Below, piece after piece: positions 52,330-64,000 of a stretch of DNA of 64,000 nt. The DNA comes from Bugula neritina (taxonomy: Eukaryota > Animalia > Bryozoa). The notes under the pieces are model-generated. The model made no database searches, was not told where the DNA came from, and saw nothing but the letters and a program-made list of their open reading frames with translations. The translations under genes were made by a program, and so were the position numbers. Location: the NCBI GenBank assembly GCA_964035545.1, contig OZ037765.1, forward strand, positions 7,884,698-7,948,697. Reading direction: 5' to 3'. The first letter of the stretch is position 1. Every line of letters begins with the position of its first letter.

Positions 52330-53579
52330 TTATACCGATATCACAAATCTTACGGCCTTTTCACGCATCGAAGCCACTGCGAAGCAATGGCTTCAAAGCC
52401 AGTAGCATTTTTCCTCAGTCACGTTGATTTTCATATGAAAGTTTCAATATTCCATCATAGGATAAAAGAAAGAAAGAACATAATATTTTATCATATAAAT
52501 TCTATTTAATGAGAAGCACATGAGCATAATCTAAGCACTACTTAAACTAGACACTATTATGCATCATGAAAATAAAATAGACTTGTTAGCATAATATGCT
52601 AATAAGTATTATTATGAACAGAAATGTATTAAATTTCACCCCTGACTTTTTAAGCCTGATTTTTCTAGAATCTAGTCTCTTTATAGCACATCTAAATACT
52701 TATTATCATTTTATTATTTTAAAAAGTTTTTTTTATAGTTTACTAGGTCTAGTTAGTTTAAATGAATTATTAACATCTTGGATAGATTCACATTGTGGCT
52801 ACATAAAATAATACCACCAAGGAAATTTAGCACTGCCTATCAAGCACAAATAACCAGGACAACAACTGGTGATTATAATATGCTGTTCAAAAACAGTTAA
52901 TTAATTCTTTTGGTGGAACAGTTGTTGGAACTGATGGGGTTAATTATTGCAACTATCTCTTTCTGATAATGTAATAGAAATAATTAATCTCAACTGTCAT
53001 AAATTTTTTTTATAGTAATATTAATACTAATAAGTAATAATATTAATACTAATAGTAATAGTAATACTAATAGTGCAAGTAATAAAAATTAATATTAATC
53101 ATAAATCTAAAACCATTATCATTATGATATTAACTATTAAGTATAATATTAATAATAATATTAACACTCATTAAGTCACGCTCACTAGACCTAGTAGAAC
53201 TACTAGTACTAGTAGTAATACTGATAGTACTAGTAGTAGCAACTTACTCTCAATAACTGTAAGTATTAGTATAATGTGTGTAACTGTAAGTGCAAGTCAA
53301 TGTGTGAGAAGCTTTGATAATGATATTAATATTTATAGTTATACTATTACTATAAGTATATCGCAATACTAACTTACAACAACAAGTTCAACCTACAACT
53401 CTAAACAGTAAAACTAAATGATAAAATTAAATCTTAATTGAACCAAGCCTCACAATGACAATGCGTTAAAATTAGATCAAAGGATGCAAGTCGGACACCA
53501 AACTAGGGTGTTCTTCTTGGGCCAGGATATGAAATAAGTGGAGTATATGCCAAATATACCCTTTAACCTTTTGGTTTAC

Positions 53580-54260
53580 AAATTTCCGCGGCAACCAACA
53601 TCACTAATGTCAAAGTGACGTCAGTTTAACGGCATACCTCGGAATACCTCAGGCTCAGATGAGATAGAACTTCCTTGTAATCTGTGTACAGATCTGATGT
53701 GAAGCCTCATTGTTTGGACAGGTTATATATTGCTAACAGCATAGTACTGTTTAGTGTCTCGGCATGTTCATTTCACCAATTACTATTACACATTTTAATA
53801 TTTATTGCAATTTTTACCTTAACTGCATACTTATACTGACATAGTTTTATTTGTGCAAGAGTTAGATGTTAAGAAAATGCACACAATAATATAGTTTGTT
53901 TCTATAGCAACTATATTGGCTGTCACTGTAACGTTTTAAACGCACGTGCACCCAAAAACATTCTTTACCTTACTCTACCTACTGATTGGGAAAACAATGA
54001 ACTGGAAAAAACAATTTTATTATTTCTAGTTTAGTGGGGAATAACCTCCACCTCTATTCAACTCGGTGCTAAATTTGGCAGAAGCCTATTGTGGTGAGGT
54101 TTTCAATCAGCTCATTCTAAATAAAAAAATATCGACTGTAAAAGTAAAGTGACATGATAATACTACGTAGCGCAGGCTTTAGTTATAATTCAACCAATGG
54201 CTTTACATGTATGATTTATTGCGAACTTATGTTACTTACGATTGCCCGGATGTCTTTGGA
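53580..54260. promoter_or_regulatory. Putative divergent promoter region of ETNK/ZCCHC (CRE, RFX X-boxes, CCAAT)
   Basis: TGACGTCA at 53616-53623; X-box-like ATTTCCGCGGCAAC at 53582-53595 and GTTTCTATAGCAAC at 53898-53911; CCAAT at about 54194; CpG retention. Confidence 0.55.
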
Positions 54261-56540
54261 AAGCAGCAGATGAACATAACTCATACTTTTATTATTATAA
54301 TTATTACTCTCATTACGATTATAATTATCAACACTAAAAAAATAATGATAAAATAAATACTTGTAGTTATACGATTGTGATTATGTTTTTATAATTACTC
54401 TCTTCAAGATAAATATTTTTATTGTTGCTAAAAATATAGTAGAACTAGATGCAATATTAATAATATTAATATAAAAATAAAATTAAAAATAAATGCCAAT
54501 ATGAATATAAATATAATTAATATTATAATATAAATTACAATATTTAATACTGATAATTATTATTATAATTTTCATTTTAATTTTGTTCACCAACATAAGC
54601 GTAAGGGGTTGACGTCTATTTTCTAACACTAACAGTAACAGACTTAGTCTTACACTTTGACTTACACTTACTGACTTACAGTTACAGTTAAACTTAATTT
54701 TATGAGTTACACTTTGACTTACTAACATTAACAGTAACACCAACTTTAAGTCTAGCAGTAACTTTTGTCTGATTACTATTAGTGATTATTTTTTAGTTTA
54801 GGCACGCTGTACGAGATACTCATTGTGATTGTAACCGTAACGAAGCACTCCTCAGTAGACAGTACTACTACCATAGGCATAGCCTGAGTATAGGCTATAG
54901 CTATAAGTATAAGTATATATTTATCTTACAGCAAGCACAATATGGATATTTAAACTTGAAGTGATTTAATAGTTTGGGCCAGATTATGTAATCTGCTTTT
55001 GGGAATGTAGCCCTTCAACACAGTAGTGAGTAGAGCAGTTAGGTAGGGGAGTCCACTGGCTATGCTATTTTTAGCTATAGCATAATTATAATATATATAT
55101 AGGCATCAAGACCAGGTATTCAGTCAGTGGGTTACATTGCTTAGATATTGAAGGTTCTATTTCCTCATCAACTATTTTAACACCTGTATTATACAAGTCA
55201 AGAGCTACGCCACCAAGGAGGCAAGTCAAACTCAATGTAGGAGTAAAAATATAACTTTGACACCAGTAATCTTCATTCCTTATTATAGTGGTGCAGCGAC
55301 GCTCACTCTCAGTCTCATACTGGTAGTGATACTGACTATCATAATGATAATAATAATATTAATAGTTATTTAATTTTAGTTATTTACTTATTAGTTATTA
55401 TTATTAATAATTATAATTAGTTTTAATACCAATAAAGGGTGTCATCCCAGTTAGACGGTATTTATTTATTTTGGTACAATATATATTTTATGTGCAATTT
55501 ATTTGAATGTTATTGAAATATATATATGTTTAAATAAACTTGGATTGTTTGTTATCTAGCGCATAAATAAATTCCTGTGATCTGCATTAACTTATTAATT
55601 TTGCATATTCTATACTTCTTGTTGTTTGAAAAACTATTTAGTTAATAAGTATTCATTAAAAATAATGTCTATTATTAATGTATTACTGTTTTTTGCCCCA
55701 CACAAATCCATGGAAAGTGGACTATTGTTCCAGATACTTTATATTAGCTATTATAGCTGTTCGCTTTTTAGCAGTCAATACAGCAGTTACATAGGTATAT
55801 ACATTATTATGGTACCAAAATAAGAAATAGCGTCTAAGTAGGATGAAACCCACTAAAGTGCTCTTTTAAATACAGTATAACTGAGTGTTTTATATAGACA
55901 TACTAATAGTACTAATACTACTACTAGTAAAGTATTAGTACTAGATATAGACTGTAAAGATTATAGAGATGTACTAATACTGTGCTGAAGATAGATAGTT
56001 ATAGTAATAGTACTAGTGCTAGTAAGACTATGAAAATCAGAAAAAATATTTATGTAGAATAATTTACTTTCATGTTAAAGAGTAAAACTAAATGTATTCA
56101 GGAGACAGGTCTGTGTTTATTTAGGTTTCTCTACTGTTGCACTAACTACTACTAGCTAAATTGGTGATACTAAACTTAAATAAGCTCTCAGGTTTTTTAA
56201 ATCTTTGATGGTGTGCAGCCCCAGTTTGTATTGTGATACACTGGTACCAGTTTTGGCTACTAATTTAAAATGTTGTTGGAAGCAGTACTGAGTTAGTAGT
56301 CACTGAGTGCAGTAGTTGGGGGATCTCAAGTTTGGAGTTGGGGGTTTGGATTGGAACTCTGAACTCTAAACTCGAGACCCAAATTACTGCACTCAGTGAA
56401 TAATAACTCGGTGCTGCTTCTAATAACTTTCACTAATGTTGATGATATTGTTTGGGTTTTGTTTGGAAAGTTTTCAAACATTGAGAAAATAGTTTTGGTG
56501 TAGACTGTAGAATAATAGCATTTTAATTTTATTTCTAGTG

Positions 56541-59500
56541 ATGATGGTGACAAACATTGCTCAAATGTACAGATGGGTTCAAAATATGGATTCTGCAAAT
56601 CGTATAGATTTTATGTGTTCGGTATTGGAACAGTACTGTGCACCTTGGGAGCTTCGGTTTTTTGGTTCTTGCATAGAAAGCCTGGCAAGAAAAGACTATT
56701 CAACATTCATTGACCCAGAGACTAAAGCAAATGATATCAAAGAACTTAGATTGCTCAATAACTTGAATCTCTTTCAGTTTGTTCATGGGGAACATACAAG
56801 GAGTCGTTTAATTACCTATTTGTGTCTATTCCGCTCAAAACCCCGTGATACTAGCTGCACAATGGTGTTCTACGAAATACTTGTCAGCATAGGAAATCAT
56901 TTGAAAAGTTTAGTCAACGATTCACAGCTTTGTTCTGTTAAACTAATAGAAGATATTAGACTATTACATGTCATGGCAATGCATCATCCTGCCTTCTCAT
57001 TTGAGCAGCGTCGAGATTTTAATGAAAAACTTGGCACATTTGTACACATGTTAGAGCAAATCACGGGAAACGATTACAGCTCTTCACCTGGTGTGAGTGA
57101 TGCTCAATGTCAAACAGATAGTGGTGATATTAAAGTAAGTCACTTGCAATATAAAGACTTGTTGGGCGTTGTGATATACTTCATTAAGATGTATACTTTT
57201 TGTTTATAAGTATTTCTACATGATCATGATTGAGGGGTAACACGATTGATTCTGATAAAACATTAAAATTTTATCGACAATCAATATTTTTTCTTAAACC
57301 CTCCCATAGAATTGAACCAACATTTATATATATTTATCAAACGTCTGGGTTACCCCATTTTATGCAGGTAAATAAAGGTGCTTATCTACCTCAAGTGTAT
57401 ATGCAGTATGATGAAACTATATTATTGTATTTGTCTTAATAGTTTTTAAATAAAAATTCTAAAAGCGGTTGCAGTAATATATGTTCAAAACTTTAATTTA
57501 AAAATGATTGCTGAAAAGTAGGCAAAACTGTCAATTTTTCTGATATTACAATAAATAGAATCGTATTGTATATACTGAGCTGATCTAAAATAAGATTAAC
57601 CAATTCAGGATACTCAAACTAGTCATGTTAGTTGATAGGAATAAACTGTCTTGTGTAGCAATAATGTTTATTAGCTTCACAATTATTTACTAAGCCATTC
57701 TCATTTGGTCATTCACAGGTTGAAGGAAGCTCTATCAAAACAGGCTCATCAAGTTCTAGTCAAAATATTTCCAAAACTCATCACTCTGCTGCATTAGAAG
57801 AAAATTTGTCTCCACACACACCAAGTAAGCCTTTGTTGATCAATGTTTTAAACTTTGATATCATATTATATGAGTTTTCAAAATTTCCCATGGGGGAATT
57901 TTGGAAATGGAATTTCCCCCTTTCAAATCTTGGCACAAAATTTCACTTAACTATGAATGCCAATAATTGTCATAGATAATTTAATATTATCTATGGTGAT
58001 ATTTGTTATTATTGTGGTGGCTGAAATCACATTTCAAATTTTCAAACTATATCAGTGTACACTGTACATTATTAGAATAGTATTTAAACTTAATAGTTCA
58101 AGGGGGATAACTCTAATAATTATCTATTGTGTAATATGGTTATTCATATGCTTTTTTGCCTTTATTTTTCAGTTTCTTTGTAACTGAATATAAATTTTTC
58201 ACCACCTTTGTTTTAGTTCACATAGAGAGTATAAAACTCATTGAGACTAAAACCATCAACTCAGAAATCTTCTATAAATTGGAGGTAAATTATTTAGTCA
58301 ACCAGTTATAATAGCTAGTACTAATAGTTTTAACTTTCAGTTTTCCTTTACTATGGGTTTCACAACACATAAAAAGCTTTGCTGATCTCTTTTATTTTTG
58401 CAATAATTTTGTCAGGTGTATAATATGATTGGCCAGTTAAGGTTTTAGTGAGGGACTTCTGTTGCTAAATATGCTTGCAATAATTATAATTTATAACCTA
58501 GTAGTTAACCTCTGTATCTGTGAGTAACATGGAAAACAGCATAATGTTCACTGATTGGCCAAGTGATCTATTTAATCAAAACTCTAGCTAAAGTTAGTTG
58601 TCACTCCAGGTATGCTCTAGGTTGTCACCTGATGTATAATGAACTATTTTTCGGTACATAAAAGCTGAAACTGTGGGATAGGCACATAGCACTGTAGTGA
58701 TATTGCTACCAATACATCACACAGCAGCAATAATTAAGACTGTTTCATTAGCACATACTAAACAAACCCTGTAGTGGAATTGAAGTACAAGAGGTATGAT
58801 TTTAAGGGGCAAGATGGCAAACCCTTTTGTTATTAGAACCTTTTTATATAAGCATTTCAGCGGGAAAAATATTAACCTTTTTAAATTGAAACACAAGTTT
58901 TAACAGAATTGCAAATATCAAATATTTTAATTTGCATGTAATGAGAACATATCTTGGTTATTCAAAGCATTCTCGTATAGAATGACACTTCACTGCTTAG
59001 AAAAAATTGATTTTTAATTTTGTAAATGTCTTGGTAACCCATTCAAAAATATAACATTTTTTGCAGTATATTTTAGTTTAAAAAGTGTAATTGGACTAAC
59101 TTTGTGAAATTGTTATACAGACATTTCAATATAATCATACTTTATTAATATCTCTATTAAACTACTGTTGGAGTGGGAGACAGTGTACATATTATCATAA
59201 TATATATATACATAATTATGATATAGATTAGGGGTGTTCAACCTTTTCAGATTGAGGGTCACTGAAAGGAAATATTTCATGGCAAGGGCCATATTGTAAA
59301 CTTTAGTTTGAGCTGGGGGGGGGGCATAGCATCAGTAATTTCCAAATACTTTATTCCAAATTTCTTATAAATCCTTACACAATAAAGTCCAAGTTGCATG
59401 TTTTGTAATATGTGTATAAATGGGACATTTAAAAAGGTTTTTTCACTTTAATCCATATAAGGTGTGAACAATAATTTTATGCGTTATGCCTTTGAGGGCC

Positions 59501-62500
59501 ACAAAAATGTAGGCTGGGGGCCACATCCGGCCCTGGGGCCGCCTGTTGGACAGCCCTGATATAGATGAATATTGTACATAACCATGTATGTAGCAGTTTT
59601 ACACGTAATGTGAAACTGAAATGTGAAGAAGCATTACAAATATTAAAGGATGTTCATTTCTTCCCCTACTCCTTGTTTTGAAAGTCATCTAAAAATAGAA
59701 ACTATGGTAATGGCCAATAGTTTTTTATTTGTGAAATTTTATCAACATTTTTATTGGTTTATGTACATGTTTGTAGGTTAAATGTAAAGGCAGCAAACCT
59801 ATGTTTATAGAGAAATCATTCACTGAAATTAGACTGTTTCACGACAAGGTAAGAGAGCTCTATGTTTCTCTTTGAAAAATTGGCTAACTCTCAGATATAA
59901 ATGTTTAATTACATATTTTAATGATTTCTGGTCACTAGAAGTGCAAATAAACAGCAAAATAACTGAAAAATAGAAAAAAAAACATTATTTTAAAAAACCA
60001 TCTAAGGTTGTTGCAACAACCAGCTTTTGGAAGGGATGCTTTATCTATGTAACAAAGCTTAATTAAATAAATTTGTGGTTTGTGTGATAATCTTAGTAAA
60101 GTAACTTGGGCATCCAGGTATAACTAGTTTATATGCTTTGGCTCACTATAATGTAGGCTACGTGGTTAATCAGTGTGGGACAGAGCATACTAAGCCTTTT
60201 AGTAAGGTGACCTAATTTTGAATAGGTGACCTTTTATGACCTCTAAAATATGCTTTGTTCAGTTACATTTTAAAAGTATTTCCTTAGCTAAATAATTTTT
60301 TTATGTTATGAATTCTAAAACACATAAGCACTATTCAGTATAATATTAACTGTTACAAATTTCAACAATAGTTTAATATAAACCACATTAGATGACAATC
60401 TTAAACCATTCCCACGTAGTTGCTTAGACAGCGGCTGTTGCTTACAGATCTACTTGGAGGCACAGCTGTTCATTTTAAACGCTCCTGCTACCTTCCGGGG
60501 TAGCAAATGTGTAGTACGCTTTTTACCTGTCATTTTGCTACATCATATGTGCCAATAAAATAAGCTGCTTGCATTCATTATGACACTTTAAGCGATAGAG
60601 GTAGTTTCGTTAATTCTGTTCAACTATATTTCTGTATACATATTTACATTGAAGTTGATACAAGAATTCCCTGAAGACGCTGGTGCTGTCAAGCACCTAC
60701 GGCACATTTCCCTGTTCAAAGGAAAGGGTAAGTTTCCAAACTAGTACACTATTTCCTATACTCGACTACATAACATTTTCATGTGGCTTTCCAACTGAAA
60801 TGCAATTGTGAATGTCGGTAGGTAGCCTGCATATATCTATATTTATTCATTTTATTTATGTTTATGATCATTTTATGGATTTATTGGCTTGAAAAATTTA
60901 TATCTTATGTGTATGTTATTATAAGCTATTGGGTCAAATGTAGTTTATATTTGAAGCGAAAAGAAGACTGGTTTTTACGTTTATTGTTTGCATGTGCTAA
61001 AATTTGGAGTTGTCCATCAATCCTTAATTTTCCTGGTATTGTTTTGTAGCTGGTGATGTTAATGAAAAAGCTGTTAAAGGCTATTTATCGTGAGTAACCT
61101 ATGCTGCAATTATTTTGAGAGAATTGTCACTTTGCTGCTCTGTTAGCTCTTTATATATGAGCATTTTTATTTAGATGAAAGAAAGGTATTCTATTTTTGC
61201 TAAGCATGAAGTTTTTGGTCAAAAAGGCTTAATGTTGAAACCAAGCGACAAAAATGTGTTAAATCATACTAATTGTGACATTTCCAATAATTATACCAAT
61301 TTTGCTTTAGATTATTACTCTGCTGAAGATGCTCTGAGCACCAGATCTTTGTATGCTTTAAACTTAACTATATAGATTCTGGATAAATTTATTGCTATAA
61401 ATTTGTTGAACTTTGATAGGCAAATCAGCAATATGCCTAGGAAATATGTGGACAGTAGCACGGTGCACACTTTCTTTCTATCAAAGAGCCAGTCGGCTAG
61501 CTTCAAGTCATCTCCTAGTGAATCTGCCGGTGTTTCTACAGTAACTCACAGCAATACTATAACCAAAGACAGAACTTTTACCAACCATGCAGGTAGTTAT
61601 CCCATTCTTTGTTTATGTTGGTGCGATTTGGTATATATATTATATCATGTTGCATATAGTGTAATCTAATAACTTAATGCTTACCTGTTTATCAACATTA
61701 CTTTTGACTTCAGTTGAAGCTGTGGCTATTATGTTTTGTAGTGACATCACGAAAACCACGCAGTTCAAAAACAACAAATTTCAATTCAAACCAAGAATAT
61801 CTTAAAGAAACGGGCTCTTCGGGAATTCTGGCACATACGGTTATTGTGACTAATAGCTTGCAGCAATCTTCCCCACCTACTGTTACGCACACATCTAATA
61901 CACTGCACTCACCCAGAGCTGTTCCTATCAAGTCAGCAAGTCACTCTGGGTCATCATCAATGCATAGTTCTCGAATAGTTGATGGTGACGCAGCAGCCAC
62001 CCCTCCTACTATCCATGCTCATTCATCTACCGATCAGGTATTTACAATAATCATGCTAATCAGCTGGACATTTTTTTCTCTAATTATCTCACAAGTTTCA
62101 AGCAATAATTATCTTCATTTGTTTCATATGTTCATTATTTTTATATAGTTTTTAATAAAAACATCTAATTTCAATGAATAAGTATTAAAGAAAGTGTTTA
62201 ATATCTAAAACTGTAAAGTAAATATAGAGAGTTGAAAAGCTGGCATGAAAAACTACCACTTCAATATTATTTTTGCTCAGTTAATATTACTTAATTTTAT
62301 CACCACAAATAGTATTTAATAAGCTGTTGTAATTAGTTTTTTTACTGTCAAAGTAACTTTAAATGGCAGCAGCTAAAAATTTTTCCACAGTTTTTTCAAA
62401 TTATAAATTAAATTAGCAGAAAATATTTTATTGGATATTTCACAGCAGCACTTGATTTTTAAAAAAATTGATCAGTTTTTACAGCAGGCTAGTTGTATGT

Positions 62501-63893
62501 GCTGTGTGTTTGTGTATTGATAGACGGCTGCTTCACAAACAGACTCGAAAAAGAAAGGTCTAGGTGACAGAGGAGCCAAGAAGCTATCAAAAGAGTTGAA
62601 AGCTATTCCAAGGTTACATTTTGAAAATTATATAATATTACAACGTTCTTGTCAGATTTAAGCACACTGGACAAATTGCACTCTATATTTTGCATGTAAG
62701 CTTGAGTATGGGCAATGGCTAAGTAAAAGTAGCTCAGCCAAACACCCTTCTCTGATCAATACAACCTGTTTAATTGTTTGCATTCCTGTCCAACTGTGAG
62801 TAAACATTGTGGTTATTGTTTTGCTCAATAAAACTTGAGCTAGGTCATGATTTTATTTCAAAGCAAAGCAGATTTTGTTGGGTTCATTGAGGAAAAATTT
62901 TCTTGAAGTAAAATATATTTTATTTAAGTATAATTAAAGGCTGCTACAGCAATGTAAATATGCTGTAACATTTACTATTTTTCCCATCTACAGTGAGAAA
63001 GGGATTTCTTCTGAAGTTAGGTCAGTCAGTGATGGAATTGTGTGCACTTGTGGTTACTGCAGTTCTGATACATTTAGCCCTAGATCTAGCCCACATAACC
63101 CATCAAGTATGCACCTACCGAAATCTGGTAAGCCTACATTTGTGTTGATCCAGACTGGCTCATTTGTAATACTGAATTTACAAAACTATTTTAGCCACAG
63201 TGTAGGCACAGTGCAGGAGTTGTATGTTTTGGCAAATTAATTTTACTATTCATTTTCTGAGCCGTGTCTTTAATTAACTGGCTGTCTCTCCAAATTATTA
63301 TGTTAGACTTCAAGCCAGGCTAAGTACTATGGGTACGAGCTTGCCTGCAAGTATAGAGATTCTCTTTAGGCATTTTTTTGGCTACACACCATTATTTTAT
63401 TTACCTAAACTGACATGTTACCGAGAACTACTTATATAGTATAGTCCAAGTAGTTTGCTGGTTGTGTGTTTGCGATGTTTTTAATTTAATTTTGCTACGT
63501 AGTATAAGAAGAGTGTTTTGATGCAAGCTGCAGTAACAGCAATGCCACTTGTTCAATATCAGATACTGCTATCAATTATTACAGCAGCATATTAATAAAG
63601 TAGTTGGTATGGCACTAACACTACTCAACTATCAATATAAGTACAGCTAAAATTCAAACTTGAAATTATAATGATAGATTCAATAATAGACATATTTTCT
63701 AATATATAATCATATAGTAATGATAATATATTTTTGAAACAAAACCTTCAATTACCTGAATGTTACTAAAAACAATATATATTGCCACTTCTTATGTTTC
63801 TTGAATAGCTTCACAAGTTTTACTTATGTTGCAGACTCAAGTCACCACTGTCCAAAATCATTGCATTGCAACCAAAAGGCTGGGAACACACAG
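56541..63893 (+). CDS. ZCCHC14: ZCCHC2/ZCCHC14-like protein, 5' part (continues beyond the window)
   Basis: Exon 56541-57134 encodes MYRWVQNMDSANRIDFMCSVLEQYCAPWELRFFGSCIESLARKDY...ETKAND...HHPAFSFEQR, matching the ZCCHC2/14 N-terminal domain. Further small exons near 57719, 58217, 59777, 60654, 61050, 61420, 61742, 62524, 62994 and 63835 give a PX-like segment and a Ser-rich region. No stop reached. Confidence 0.82.
59229..59558. mobile_element. 330-bp hAT (Charlie-like) MITE
   Basis: Termini (T/C)AGGGGTGTTCAAC ... GTTGGACAGCCCTG; exact 8-bp TSD ATATAGAT at 59221-59228 and 59559-59566; GGGCC-rich subterminal repeats. Confidence 0.9.
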
Positions 63894-64000
63894 GTGAGAA
63901 AACGGAGCACAACAGTATGTTGTGTGGCTAATTTTGTTGCATGAGGGAAATAATTTGATAAAGTTCATGTTATCCTTTTATATGGATTTCCAGTTATTAG

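Noticed and set aside
60410-60510. Two hairpins (e.g. TGCTACC...GGTAGCA) suggesting an H/ACA snoRNA in a ZCCHC intron
   Set aside because: No convincing H box (ANANNA) or correctly placed ACA; would need an Infernal or snoGPS search.

Overview
AT-rich, intron-rich animal genomic DNA, most likely a compact-genome invertebrate (inference; taxon cannot be fixed from the window). Nine protein-coding genes can be reconstructed by hand-splicing: NCOA6-like (-), NUP160 (+), RIOK2 (-), PSMC3/Rpt5 (+), intronless KLF15-like (+), divergent achaete-scute-like bHLH (-), Wnt7 (+), ethanolamine kinase (-) and the 5' part of ZCCHC2/14 (+). They are mostly arranged as head-to-head pairs. Introns carry MITEs with clear TIRs/TSDs (PIF/Harbinger-like, hAT-like, Tc1/mariner-like), an RTE-type LINE remnant, a tRNA-derived SINE remnant and simple repeats. 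Most notable: (1) degenerate 6-bp-periodic (NNTNAN-like) tracts that flank all three housekeeping divergent promoters on both sides and were not seen at the developmental genes; (2) a U12-type intron in NUP160 and two probable GC-AG introns; (3) a Wnt7 whose lipidation motif reads CKCLGPSGSC instead of CKCHGxSGSC; (4) CpG-decay patterns suggesting gene-body methylation. Gene identities rest on motif recognition from memory of the families, not on database searches.
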